Of a stretch of 63,323 nucleotides of DNA, positions 45,982 through 54,993 are shown in pieces. The notes under the pieces were generated by a model. It was not told the origin of the DNA. It did no database searches and worked only from the letters and a program-made list of their open reading frames with translations. Each line of letters starts with the position of its first letter. Within the stretch, counting starts at the first letter, position 1. The translations under genes and the position numbers were made by a program. Source of the stretch: Candidatus Limnocylindrales bacterium (GTDB lineage: Bacteria > Chloroflexota > Limnocylindria > Limnocylindrales > CSP1-4). The DNA is taken from NCBI GenBank assembly GCA_038327765.1, contig JBBQLI010000003.1, positions 1 through 63,323 on the forward strand, in the 5' to 3' direction.

Positions 45982-47763
45982 TTACGGATCCTGTGACAGG
46001 ATGACCACGCTGTACGGCCCCACCGCGAGGAGTGCGCTCTGCGCCTGGCCATCGAGAGGTTCGCCGTCGGCTTCGGTGTCGAGCGCCTCGTGATCGCCGA
46101 AGTCGGACGCGTAGACCGGGGCATCGCTGTTGAGCCGGACCCGCCAGCGACCGCCAGCCGGGAGACCGATGCGCAGGTCGTCGATCGTCCGATCCGCAAG
46201 ATTCACGATCACGACTACGTCGTCGCCAGGCCCGCCCTCGTGCCAGCGATGGAAGACGAGGATCTTCGCCTCGTCGTCGGCGCGGAGGATGGCCAGACCC
46301 TCGCCGCGCAGACCCCGGCTCAGGCCGTCACCGCCACGACGGAGCGCGATCAAGTCGCGATGCAGGCGGAGGATCCCCTTGTGGGTGCTTGCCTTCGACC
46401 AGTCGAGCGCGACCGTGTCATCGAACCAGCGGTCCTCGAGCAGCTCCTGACCCTGGAAGAGCATCGGGATGCCGGGTGACGTGAGCACGAGCGCGCTCCC
46501 CAGCGTGGCCCGCTTCTTCGCCCACCAGCTGTCGGCGTCACCCGGGGTGATCGCCTCGGGGACGCGGGTGTCGCCGTTGGCGACGTCGTCATGCGACTCG
46601 GTGTAGATGACCCGCGTGAAGGCAGGTCCGCGACCTTCGCCGGAGATCGCGATCACCATCTCGCCGATATCCCGGCCCGCGTCATCGGCTGCGGTGATGG
46701 CCGCGCGCACCCGGTAGATGAACCCGGGATCCCATTGCGCCCCGAACCCGGCGCCGCCGTCTGCGGTCGGCGTGGCGATCGCACCGTCCTCGCGCATGTC
46801 CTCGGCGATGGTCAACTTCCACGGCTGTCGGGCGTGGATCTCGTCGTTCATCCAGGCCATGAGCGACCAGCCATCGGGAAGGGCCTCGGCCATGTTCGAG
46901 GTGTCCCCGTCCGTGGTCCGGATGTAGACCGTGGCATCGAACCGAAGCCCGTCACACCGGAACTCCTCGAGCCAGGTGAGCGCGCTGTCGCGCAGGAACG
47001 TGCGGACCTCGCCGCGACCGTAGTCGGGACGGGTGGCCCCCCACGGGGTCATCGCCCGGTCATCGTTGTAGACGTAAATCCCGCCGCCATCGCCTTCGCT
47101 CCAGCCATCGAACCGCCACAGGTCCAGGTCCGACGGGCCGAGGTGGTTGTAGACGACGTCCACGATGACGGCGATGCCCAGCGCGTGGGCGGCCGTGATG
47201 AACCGTTTGAACGCGTCCGGCCCGCCATAGCCGGACTCGACCGCGAAGAGGTGCGCCGGGTTGTAGCCCCACGAGATGTCGCCCGCGAATTCGAACGGCG
47301 GCATGACCTGGACCGCGCTGATGCCCAGGTCGTGCAGGTACGGCAGCTGGCGGATGGCCCGATCGAAATCGCCGCGACGGTCGCCTTTGGCCGCGAACGT
47401 CCCGACATGGAGTTCGTAGATCACGAGGTCGTCCCAGGACGGCATCTCGAACGACTCGTCGCCCCAGTCGAAGGCGGCGGGATCGTAGACGACTGCGTTG
47501 CCGACCGAGTTGGTCACCTGGCGGGCGTACGGGTCCAGGCGCGACAGGTCGCCCTCCGTCGTTCGGATCGTGTATCGGTACTCCGCTCCCGGCTCCACGT
47601 CGGCGATGTCCGCGGACCACGTGCCATGCGACCCGTCGCCGTCCGGGGCCAGCTCATGCCGGTCGCCGGCCCAGTCGTCGAACGATCCGGTCACGAAGAC
47701 GGCCGTGGCGTGCGGAGCCCAGACCCGGAACGTCGTCCCGCCGCGATACGGCAGGGCGCCCAT
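45982..47763 (-). CDS. GH13 alpha-glucan branching enzyme-like protein (CBM48 + alpha-amylase catalytic domain)
   Basis: CBM48-like N-terminus TTFRVWAPHATAVFVTGSFDDW. GH13 regions VIVDVVYNHLGP, GLRFDAT, IAEDM and YTESHDD. The ATG at 47763 avoids overlap with the upstream gene. Confidence 0.86.
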   Translation of the reverse strand: MGALPYRGGTTFRVWAPHATAVFVTGSFDDWAGDRHELAPDGDGSHGTWSADIADVEPGAEYRYTIRTTEGDLSRLDPYARQVTNSVGNAVVYDPAAFDWGDESFEMPSWDDLVIYELHVGTFAAKGDRRGDFDRAIRQLPYLHDLGISAVQVMPPFEFAGDISWGYNPAHLFAVESGYGGPDAFKRFITAAHALGIAVIVDVVYNHLGPSDLDLWRFDGWSEGDGGGIYVYNDDRAMTPWGATRPDYGRGEVRTFLRDSALTWLEEFRCDGLRFDATVYIRTTDGDTSNMAEALPDGWSLMAWMNDEIHARQPWKLTIAEDMREDGAIATPTADGGAGFGAQWDPGFIYRVRAAITAADDAGRDIGEMVIAISGEGRGPAFTRVIYTESHDDVANGDTRVPEAITPGDADSWWAKKRATLGSALVLTSPGIPMLFQGQELLEDRWFDDTVALDWSKASTHKGILRLHRDLIALRRGGDGLSRGLRGEGLAILRADDEAKILVFHRWHEGGPGDDVVVIVNLADRTIDDLRIGLPAGGRWRVRLNSDAPVYASDFGDHEALDTEADGEPLDGQAQSALLAVGPYSVVILSQDP

Positions 47764-47792
47764 CCCCGCCTGTGCCGACGGAGCCCGGACGG

Positions 47793-48158
47793 TCACTTCG
47801 CAGGCAGGGCGCTGGTGTGTGCGATGGCCCGCCGGATCCACTGGTCGAGTGCCAGGTCATCGTCGACAACGATGGGTGGCAGCACGGCGTAGCCACTCAT
47901 CGGCCGACCAGGCATCGGCTCGAACCGGCCTGCATCCGGAAGCAGCAGCGCCTCGGCCAGGTCTGCGGGCGCCAGCCGGATCACCCACCGATCGGAGAAC
48001 AGGCTGGTCGTGAGGTTCCCGCCGACGAACAGCGCGGGATAGCCGAACATCTGGCGGCGGATTGCCTCCGGGTAGCGCGTCGCCACCTCGTCGAAGCGGG
48101 CGATCAGGGCCACGGGCGATCTGGGCATCGGCGGCATGGGCTGGACTCCTGGCGGCAT
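47793..48158 (-). CDS. TfoX N-terminal-domain-like small protein
   Basis: RQMFGYPALFVGGNLTTSLFSDRWVIRL resembles the TfoX_N core. Start uncertain (48128 to 48158). Confidence 0.55.
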   Translation of the reverse strand: MPPGVQPMPPMPRSPVALIARFDEVATRYPEAIRRQMFGYPALFVGGNLTTSLFSDRWVIRLAPADLAEALLLPDAGRFEPMPGRPMSGYAVLPPIVVDDDLALDQWIRRAIAHTSALPAK

Positions 48159-48226
48159 CGTGTTCGCGGTCGTCGTCGGCTGGCGTAGGCTTCGGGACCA
48201 GCATCCAGCACGGAGGATACCCACGC

Positions 48227-49147
48227 ATGCAGGTCGGGGTCGTCTTGCCCATCTCGCACAAGGACGGGATGACCGATTCCGTGCCCACCTACCCGGAGAT
48301 CCGTGAGGTTGCACTCGCGTCCGAGGCCGCCGGCTTCGATTCCGTGTGGGTCTTCGACCACCTGCTGTTCCGTTTCGACGGCGAGACGACGGGGATCCAC
48401 GAGGCGTGGACGATCCTGACCGCGATCGCCGAAGCGACCCGGCGGGTGAAGCTCGGTTCGATCGTCATGTGCACGGAGTTCCGCAATCCGGGGTTGCTGG
48501 CGAAGATGGCCGCCACGCTCGATCACGTGAGCGATGGGCGGCTCATCCTGGGTCTCGGATGCGGCTGGCACGACCCCGAATACGACGCCTTCGGCTACCC
48601 GACCGATCACAAGGTGGGGCGGTTCGAGGACTCGGTCACGATCATCCACGAGCTTCTGCGGACTGGCCGATCCGACCATCACGGCCCGTTCCATGAGGTC
48701 AGCGATGCCGTCCTGGTCCCGCCGGCTCGGCCCGACATCCCGATCCTGATCGCCGCCAAGCGGCCCCGGATGCTCGAACTTGCGGCCCGCTATGCGGATG
48801 CCTGGAACCTTGCCTGGTTCGGACGGCCGGACGATCGTTTCGCGCGCGTCCGCGGCGAGCTGGAGGACGCGTGCCGGTCCGCCGGTCGCGAACCGGCCTC
48901 GATGGAGATCACGATCGGGGTCACCGTCCGCTACCCGGACCTGGCGCCGCCGCCGGATGCGGGGAGGTCGCAGCCCCAGGACCCGCCGACACCGGCCCTG
49001 ACCGGCAGCGCGCAGGAGGTGGCCGACGGTCTGGCCGCCCATGCGGCCGTCGGCGTGGGGCACGTGATCGCGGTCGTCGAACCATGCACCCCGGCGGCGG
49101 TGGAGCGGTTCGGCGAGGCACTGGCGCTGTTTCGCGCCGGCTCGTGA
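48227..49147 (+). CDS. Luciferase-like (LLM class) flavin/F420-dependent oxidoreductase
   Basis: The ATG lies 9 nt after GGAGGA (48212-48217). LLM pattern: GFDSVWVFDHLLF...LGSIVMCTEFRNPGLLAKMAATLDHVSDGRLILGLGCGW. Confidence 0.86.
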   Translation: MQVGVVLPISHKDGMTDSVPTYPEIREVALASEAAGFDSVWVFDHLLFRFDGETTGIHEAWTILTAIAEATRRVKLGSIVMCTEFRNPGLLAKMAATLDHVSDGRLILGLGCGWHDPEYDAFGYPTDHKVGRFEDSVTIIHELLRTGRSDHHGPFHEVSDAVLVPPARPDIPILIAAKRPRMLELAARYADAWNLAWFGRPDDRFARVRGELEDACRSAGREPASMEITIGVTVRYPDLAPPPDAGRSQPQDPPTPALTGSAQEVADGLAAHAAVGVGHVIAVVEPCTPAAVERFGEALALFRAGS

Positions 49148-49176
49148 CCCGCGCCGGCTTGTGACCCGCGCCGCGG

Positions 49177-50145
49177 TCAGGTGCCTTCGATGCGGCGAGG
49201 CGTGAGCCGCGGACCATAGCGTGGGGCGCGGATGCCGCTCGTCTCCAGCAAGCGGACGACCCGCGCCCGCTCGCCACGCCACGGCTCCAGGAGCTCGAGC
49301 ATCCGGGCGTCGTCAGCACGCGGCTCGCCGGCCAGCGCGTAGGCGACCAGGTTCGGCAGGTGGAAGTCGCCGACGCTCACCGCGTCCGGGTCACCGAACG
49401 CCCTCACGGCGACCTCAGCTGCGGTCCAGGGCCCGATCCCGGGGAGTGCCGTCAATCGAGCGTAGGCCTCGGGCAGTGGCAGCGAGACGGTCTCCTCGAA
49501 CCAGGACGCCCGCATGGCGACCCGCCGGATCAGGTCCGCCCGGCGCTGTTCCACCCCGAACGGATGCCAGACGTAGTAGGGGAGGCGGGCGAGGGCGGCT
49601 GGTTCGGGCGAGAGGCGCAGACGGAACTCCGCGGGTCCGGGCGCGATCGCGCCATGTGCGCGGATGACCGCTCGCCACGCGCGCCGCGCCTCGTCTCCGG
49701 TCACCTTCTGCTCGAGGATGGCGGGCACGAGCGACTCGAGGACGGCCTCCGTGCGGAGTAGCCGGAGACCTGGCGAACGGCGCGCCAGTCCCGTGACCAG
49801 CGGGTGGTGATCGCCGAGGACGAATGGTCCCGCGCCCAGGCCCAGCATCCTCGGGAGGTCGGCCAGGGCCTGATCCGCGCCGGGCCCCCACGCCTCCGCC
49901 TCGATCGACGCGGTGCGCTGCACGATGGCGAGCGTCGCCGGACCATCGAGCGTCCGCGTGGTCCGCCACGCACGGCGATCCGCGAGCCGGAGGGTCGGGT
50001 CCCCGGTCCCGCGAGCGAGCGGCCGGAGCGTCGCGATGAGGTCGAACGGGGCGTCAAGGGTGATCGTCCGGCTGGGCACGGAACGCAGTCTGTCAGGCGG
50101 TTGCAAGGTCGGCACGCATGGCGTGCGAGGGCAGGTCCTGCCCAT
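49177..50145 (-). CDS. HhH-GPD DNA glycosylase (AlkA / 3-methyladenine glycosylase II-like)
   Basis: LPGIGPWTAAEVAVRAFGDPDAVSVGDFHL is the helix-hairpin-helix plus catalytic Asp. The start is either the ATG at 50145 or the GTG at 50079. Confidence 0.78.
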   Translation of the reverse strand: MGRTCPRTPCVPTLQPPDRLRSVPSRTITLDAPFDLIATLRPLARGTGDPTLRLADRRAWRTTRTLDGPATLAIVQRTASIEAEAWGPGADQALADLPRMLGLGAGPFVLGDHHPLVTGLARRSPGLRLLRTEAVLESLVPAILEQKVTGDEARRAWRAVIRAHGAIAPGPAEFRLRLSPEPAALARLPYYVWHPFGVEQRRADLIRRVAMRASWFEETVSLPLPEAYARLTALPGIGPWTAAEVAVRAFGDPDAVSVGDFHLPNLVAYALAGEPRADDARMLELLEPWRGERARVVRLLETSGIRAPRYGPRLTPRRIEGT

Positions 50146-50167
50146 CGATGGTACGTTGGTACCAGAC

Positions 50168-50773
50168 GTGCGACACCTGCGGGTCGTCGCGAACGCGGCG
50201 CTCATCGTCGTGTTCGCCTTGGTCGCCGTCCCTGCTCCGGTCGGTTCACGGGTCCTCAGCCCGTCTGGATCGACGGATGCGGATCCCCTCCAGCTGGCGG
50301 GGATCGCGGCTGCCGTCCGCGGGACGCCGATGACGATCGACCCCCTCGATCCGGGGGCCCGGGCAGCCGGGATCCTGGATCCGGCTTCGACGATGTTCGA
50401 GCCCTCCTCGCGAACTGAGCCTCCCCAGGCTCGGCCGCGCGCTGCCCTGCCGGTGGCTGCGCCCAAGGCCGTCGCGCGGAACCCGTGGCGGTTGGACAGG
50501 AACGTGTCCTGGTACGGGCCCGGGCTGTACGGCAACGGGACCGCTTGCGGTCAGACGCTCACCAAGGGCCTGGTCGGTGTCGCCCACCGGACCTTGCCGT
50601 GCGGCACCCGCCTCCAGTTCCGGAACCCGAAGAATGGTCGGGTCGTGAGCGCGGTCGTCATCGATCGCGGACCGTTCGTGTCCGGCCGCACCTGGGACCT
50701 GTCACACGGCCTGTGCGACAAGCTCGGGCACTGCTTCACCGGTGCGATCCAGTGGCGCTACGCGCCAGGTTGA
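50168..50773 (+). CDS. RlpA-like double-psi beta-barrel (DPBB) lytic transglycosylase-like protein
   Basis: The GTG at 50168 gives a TM/signal segment (HLRVVANAALIVVFALVAVPA). C-terminal DPBB: VSWYGPGLYGNGTACGQTL...GVAHRTLPCGTRLQFRN...VVIDRGPF. Confidence 0.7.
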   Translation: MRHLRVVANAALIVVFALVAVPAPVGSRVLSPSGSTDADPLQLAGIAAAVRGTPMTIDPLDPGARAAGILDPASTMFEPSSRTEPPQARPRAALPVAAPKAVARNPWRLDRNVSWYGPGLYGNGTACGQTLTKGLVGVAHRTLPCGTRLQFRNPKNGRVVSAVVIDRGPFVSGRTWDLSHGLCDKLGHCFTGAIQWRYAPG

Positions 50774-50797
50774 TCCGGCACCATGAACCGGACGGCG

Positions 50798-51940
50798 TCA
50801 GACAGCGGTCCAGCGGACCTCATGGTGGATCGCGTCGGCAGCCACGAAGCGAACCAGGCGTTCGGCCTCCTCGGTGAGTTCGGTCTTGGCCGCGGCTGGC
50901 ACCGGCCCCACGGGGCTCAGCGTCAGCACGGCCTCGCCACGGATCGTCTCGACGGCCCAGGATCCGGCCACGAATCCATCGACCGTGAACATCGGCAGGA
51001 AGTCGCCATTGGCGATGCGGACGACGCGCCCGAAGTGTTCGTCAGCCAGGATCCGCTCGCGCTTGTCGTAGCCGATCACGATGCTGTCCCAGCGTGACAG
51101 GAAGCGGCCAGGGGCGTGTTCCTCGCCGGTCGCCGTCGGCAGGCCGTGGAGGTCGACCAGCTCTCGACCGTCCTGGCCGAGGTACCTGCGGAGGCGGTCA
51201 CCGAACGTCGCGACTGCGGCCCGGACCGACGTGATCCTGGTAGGCCCGAACCACTTGACGATGTCCGCGATCGACGCCGGGCCATACGCCGTCAGGTACC
51301 GCTCGACCGCGAGGCGCAGACCGGCGTCCGGCTCGGGCGCGACCGATCCGGGGAGCCACATGCCCAGGTCGATGTAGCGCGGCTTCGCGAAGGACCCCCA
51401 CGTCCCCGATGGCGGCACGTGGACGAGCCGGCCGGGCGAACTGGCGACCCGGAACGCAACGCCACGGACACCGCCCGGGGCGGATGCGGCAAGACGGTCG
51501 GTGCCGGGGATCGCCGCGAGGAACGTCTCCATCTCCGCGACGGTCCGCGGCTCCGCGGTGAATGCGAGCAGCCGTCGGTGCAGGTCGGCGATGTCGACGC
51601 CGGCGCGACGCGCCGTCGGCTGCCAGTTCGCTGCCCGACCCTGGGACAGCGCGGCATCGAACGCCGGCACGTCTTCGGACGCGACGAGATGCAGCGTTGC
51701 GCGCATGACCGTGCCCTTGATCACCGTGCGGTCTCGGAGGGCGTTCTCGAGTGACCCGATGGTGAAGCCGGCGACGCGCGACCACAGCGCCACGTAGGGA
51801 GCGTTCGGGTGCTGGGCCTGCAGTCCGGCGAGATCACGGACCGCTTCGGCCGTCGAACCCGTCCTGCGTTCGATGAGCGACTGACGAAGCAGCGTGGTCC
51901 GGTTGAGTTGGCGGAGGGTGAGCGTCGGTCCCGCGGTCAT
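50798..51940 (-). CDS. Winged-helix DNA glycosylase, YcaQ/AlkZ (DUF1006/HTH_42) family
   Basis: LRQLNRTTLLRQSLIERR...AVRDLAGLQAQHPNAPYVALWSRV is typical of the family. The ATG at 51940 overlaps the stop of the upstream cupin gene (ATGA). Confidence 0.78.
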   Translation of the reverse strand: MTAGPTLTLRQLNRTTLLRQSLIERRTGSTAEAVRDLAGLQAQHPNAPYVALWSRVAGFTIGSLENALRDRTVIKGTVMRATLHLVASEDVPAFDAALSQGRAANWQPTARRAGVDIADLHRRLLAFTAEPRTVAEMETFLAAIPGTDRLAASAPGGVRGVAFRVASSPGRLVHVPPSGTWGSFAKPRYIDLGMWLPGSVAPEPDAGLRLAVERYLTAYGPASIADIVKWFGPTRITSVRAAVATFGDRLRRYLGQDGRELVDLHGLPTATGEEHAPGRFLSRWDSIVIGYDKRERILADEHFGRVVRIANGDFLPMFTVDGFVAGSWAVETIRGEAVLTLSPVGPVPAAAKTELTEEAERLVRFVAADAIHHEVRWTAV

Positions 51941-52377
51941 CCGGGCGGTGCCTCGGGCGGCTCCCACGCTGGGGGCGCGAGTTCGAACCCGGTGAAGTCG
52001 AAGGCAGGAGCCACGATGCAACCGACCAGCGTCCAGGTACCGAGCGGCCGGGCCGCCTGCCATGCACCAGCCGGCACGACGACCTGCGGGATGTCACCGC
52101 CGACCACGTCTGTCCCAAGCCGGTGGCGCTGCACGGGCCTGTCGCCCTCCATCCAGACCGAGAGCTCGAGCGCCTCTCCGGCCGCGAACTGCCAGACCTC
52201 GGCGGCATCCACGCGGTGCCAGTGCGACCGGTCGCCCGCCGCCAGCAGGTACAGGATCGCGCTGCCCGAGGGGCGCTCATGGTCGAGCACCGGGGCGCGC
52301 CAGGTCTCACGGAACCAGCCTCCCTCGGGGTGGGCGCGGAGACCCAGCGCGGAGATCACCTCACGGGCGTCGCTCAT
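51937..52377 (-). CDS. Cupin-superfamily protein (DUF985-like)
   Basis: L(R/Q)AHPEGGWFRETWR...ILYLLAAGDRSHWHRV...EVWQF is the DUF985 pattern. This is the last 146 codons of a 500-aa ORF-track entry. Confidence 0.78.
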   Translation of the reverse strand: MSDAREVISALGLRAHPEGGWFRETWRAPVLDHERPSGSAILYLLAAGDRSHWHRVDAAEVWQFAAGEALELSVWMEGDRPVQRHRLGTDVVGGDIPQVVVPAGAWQAARPLGTWTLVGCIVAPAFDFTGFELAPPAWEPPEAPPG

Positions 52378-52413
52378 CGGGCGAGGATAGCGCCGGCGGC
52401 GTACGGTATCGGC

Positions 52414-52662
52414 ATGTGCCGCAGCATCAAGACCCTGCGTCGTCCAGGCGAAGACACGACGACCGGTGAACTGGAGGCCGCCGCCCGCCAGTACGTCCGG
52501 AAGATCAGCGGCTTCCGCGAGCCGAGCGTTCGCAACCGCGAGTCGTTCGAGGCCGCCATCGCGGAGATCGCGGCGGCGTCGGCTCATCTGCTCGAACACA
52601 TCGGTGTGGAGATCGAGGAAGGCCCGAACCGCTGGAAGCCGTCTCCGACGGTGCGAACCTAG
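52414..52662 (+). CDS. DUF2277-family small protein
   Basis: MCRSIKTLRRPGEDTTTGELEAAARQYVRKISGF matches the conserved DUF2277 N-terminus as I remember it. Confidence 0.72.
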   Translation: MCRSIKTLRRPGEDTTTGELEAAARQYVRKISGFREPSVRNRESFEAAIAEIAAASAHLLEHIGVEIEEGPNRWKPSPTVRT

Positions 52663-53111
52663 GGTTCGATCGCGCCCCAGGTCGAGATGCGATCCACGGT
52701 GATCGCGATCATCGGACGGGCGTCCAGCGCGTGGCTGGAGTACTGCGCGTATTTCGCACGAAGGGCGTTGACGGCTGGGGCGTGGCCGGCGGCCCTTGGG
52801 GCCACCAGCGCCGCAGTCCCGTGGATCCGCAGCCAGCCGAGCCGGGTCCAGTCCTCCTCCCAGCGGTCGATCAGGACCGAGACAGCCGGTCGCTCGAGGA
52901 TGTCGCGGACACGCGCGAGCGCCAGCGGGTCCCCGACGGCCTTCGGCTTCTCGTCGAGCGGCGACCAGAGCACCGGCCCGTCCGGATCCAGCACGAAGCA
53001 GATCGGCACGAGTCGCGGTCGCCCGGTCGGATCGACCGTTGCCAGCGTGGCTCGCCGCGCATCCGCGATGAATGCCCGCGCCGCCGAACCCAGGATCTCC
53101 CCGCCGTTCAT
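52659..53111 (-). CDS. PPOX-class (pyridoxamine 5'-phosphate oxidase fold) probable F420-dependent enzyme
   Basis: ARRATLATVDPTGRPRLVPICFVLD...WEEDWTRLGWLRIHGTA is the PPOX split-barrel pattern. This is the last 150 codons of a 444-aa ORF-track entry. Confidence 0.72.
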   Translation of the reverse strand: MNGGEILGSAARAFIADARRATLATVDPTGRPRLVPICFVLDPDGPVLWSPLDEKPKAVGDPLALARVRDILERPAVSVLIDRWEEDWTRLGWLRIHGTAALVAPRAAGHAPAVNALRAKYAQYSSHALDARPMIAITVDRISTWGAIEP

Positions 53112-53172
53112 GTCGCCATGATGCCGTGACGCATCGACCTCGTACACTCGGGCGCATGGTCGATGAACGCGC

Positions 53173-54045
53173 ATGCCGGACCTGAACCGCGAGATCGCGC
53201 CGCCGACGAGGCACGTGACGAATCGGCGGATCCTCGCGGTCCGTGGCGATTCCCTCGAGGTGCGTGATGACCGGATCGTCGGCGAGGCGCCGCTGGAGAT
53301 CCGCGCCGCGGGGCCACACCAGCACCCGGTGGCAGTCGCAGTCACGATGCGGACGCCCGGCCACGAGGACGAGCTGGCGGTCGGCTTCCTCTGCACAGAG
53401 GGCCTGATCGACGGGGCCGCGGTGGTCTCCACCAGGCACGGCGACCCGTCAGCGCTCAGCCAGCCCGACGACACGATCGTGGTCAGGCTGTCACGCGCCT
53501 TCGACGATTCGAAGGTGGCCGAACGCCATTTCATCGCGACCGCCTCGTGCGGGATCTGCGGCAAGGCCTCGATCGATGAGGTCGCGTTGCGCATCGACCC
53601 GATCCCCGACGGCCCGGTGGTGAGTCGATCGGTGATCCTGGCCCTGCCCGACCTCCTGCGTACCGCCCAGAAGGCGTTCGACGAGACCGGCGGTCTCCAT
53701 GCGGCCGGTCTGTTCGCTCCCAACGGCGAACTCGTGGTCCTGCGCGAAGACGTCGGGCGACACAACGCGCTCGACAAGGTCATCGGTTCGCAGGTGCTCG
53801 CCGGTGCACTCCCCCTCCACGAACGGATCCTGATGGTGTCTGGCCGGGTCAGCTTCGAGCTCGTGCAGAAGGCCGCCGCGGCCGGGATCCCGATCGTGTG
53901 CGCTGTGTCGGCGCCCTCGGACCTCGCGATCGAGACCGCCGAGCGACTCAACGTGACCCTGGTCGGCTTCCTGCGCGGCACGGGGTTCAACATCTATGCG
54001 CATGACGCCCGGATCGACTTGCGCGACCTTTCCGGCTGGGGCTGA
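53173..54045 (+). CDS. fdhD: Formate dehydrogenase accessory sulfurtransferase FdhD
   Basis: FdhD motifs: EDELAVGFLCTEGLI, the catalytic-loop ASCGICGK, and GRHNALDKVIG. Confidence 0.9.
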   Translation: MPDLNREIAPPTRHVTNRRILAVRGDSLEVRDDRIVGEAPLEIRAAGPHQHPVAVAVTMRTPGHEDELAVGFLCTEGLIDGAAVVSTRHGDPSALSQPDDTIVVRLSRAFDDSKVAERHFIATASCGICGKASIDEVALRIDPIPDGPVVSRSVILALPDLLRTAQKAFDETGGLHAAGLFAPNGELVVLREDVGRHNALDKVIGSQVLAGALPLHERILMVSGRVSFELVQKAAAAGIPIVCAVSAPSDLAIETAERLNVTLVGFLRGTGFNIYAHDARIDLRDLSGWG

Positions 54046-54070
54046 GCGCGGCGGACGCGCGGCCGCCGCG

Positions 54071-54172
54071 CCGCCGCGTGGGGGACTCACGGCGGACGCG
54101 TGGGGGACTCGCGGGGGGGGGACCTCGCGAGAGACGACCCCGGTTCGTCGTATGCGGAGTCCAAGGAGTCCC
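54071..54172. ncRNA. Candidate structured RNA or terminator cluster in a 345-bp non-coding gap (repeat-rich, G5/C5 loops)
   Basis: CGCGTGGGGGACTC occurs twice (54075-54088 and 54097-54110). GGAGTCC, its partial reverse complement, occurs twice (54156-54162 and 54165-54171). This allows nested helices around a hairpin, ACGAC (54134-54138) / GTCGT (54147-54151). The local hairpin at 54071-54095 has a C.A mismatch on + but a G.U pair on -. Confidence 0.25.
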
Positions 54173-54390
54173 GCTGACGCCGAGATCACCGATCCGTGCG
54201 CGGTCTGCCGACGCTCGCTGACCGCTTCGGGCGGTATCGAAGGACATCGCTCGGATACCACGACCCTCTGTCGTGGCTCGCACGATCCTGGTCGCCGCGA
54301 GCCGACGTGGCGACCACGCGCTTGCTCGGCCGCGGACCTAGCTGTGGTCTCCACCCGCGTTGTTTACAACGGCCGAGGGTGAGAGCCCAC

Positions 54391-54978
54391 CTAGCCGCCG
54401 ATGAGGTGGAGCCCCTCGGCGATGAGGATCGCCCCGAAGATCACGAACGTGACCGCGGCGCCGTAACGGATCGCCCGCTCGGGCAGGCGTGAGCCGAGCA
54501 GCTTGCCGACCGCGATCGCGATCCCGTCCGCGACCACCATCCCCGCCGTCGAGCCCAGCCATGTCGGGAACGCGGCCTCGCGCGTCGCCAGGGTGATCGT
54601 GGCCAGCATCGTCTTGTCGCCAAGCTCCGCGAGGAAGAACGCGGTACCGACCGCCAGGATGATCGACCCCTGCGTCTGGGTCGGCTTGCCGGCCTCGTCC
54701 TCGTCGAGCGAATCGCCGTGTAGCGTCCACGCCGCGAACACGAAGAACGCGATGCCCGCCACGATCGCGATCGCGTCGCGCGGCAGGGTCACGGCCACCG
54801 TCGCGCCCACGATCACCGAACCCAGGTGGACCAGCGCGGTCGCGACGGAGATCCCGATCAGCACATCGAGCGCGCGATACCGCGTCGCGAAGGCAAGAGC
54901 CATGAGCTGGCTCTTGTCGCCGAGCTCGGCGACGAAGATCACCCCGAAACTGAGCAGGAACGCATCCATGGCGGGCAA
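54391..54978 (-). CDS. UPF0016 / GDT1 (TMEM165) family cation transporter
   Basis: Two copies of the E-x-G-D-(K/R)-(T/S) signature (AELGDKSQL and AELGDKTML); six TM helices. Confidence 0.88.
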   Translation of the reverse strand: MPAMDAFLLSFGVIFVAELGDKSQLMALAFATRYRALDVLIGISVATALVHLGSVIVGATVAVTLPRDAIAIVAGIAFFVFAAWTLHGDSLDEDEAGKPTQTQGSIILAVGTAFFLAELGDKTMLATITLATREAAFPTWLGSTAGMVVADGIAIAVGKLLGSRLPERAIRYGAAVTFVIFGAILIAEGLHLIGG

Positions 54979-54993
54979 GCCGATCGTTTCGCC

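Noticed and set aside
45938-46090. Double TGA-TGA after ...RFVCG of the radical SAM gene, considered as possible C-terminal selenocysteine read-through
   Set aside because: Two consecutive stops argue for termination. The downstream frame has poor codon bias, overlaps the 3' end of the convergent GH13 gene, and has only a weak 4-bp hairpin (GGAG-CUGGACU-CUCC) where a SECIS would be.
49144-49173. 13-nt direct repeat GTGACCCGCGCCG, present twice with a 17-nt period, spanning the stop of the LLM oxidoreductase gene
   Set aside because: It looks like a small tandem duplication in a 29-bp convergent spacer. No function is inferable. It does not alter either reading frame.
54046-54390. Possible tRNA-Sec (selC) or another tRNA next to the FDH genes
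   Set aside because: Neither strand has a U-UCA-A anticodon loop flanked by a 5-6 bp stem, a GGTTCGAnTCC T-loop, or an 8/5 acceptor/T-stem arrangement. The ACGAC/GTCGT hairpin has an 8-nt loop, not a T-loop.
54979-54993. Mn-sensing (yybP-ykoY) riboswitch upstream of the UPF0016/GDT1 transporter
   Set aside because: Only 15 nt separate the transporter start from the preceding csaA stop, which leaves no room for a riboswitch.
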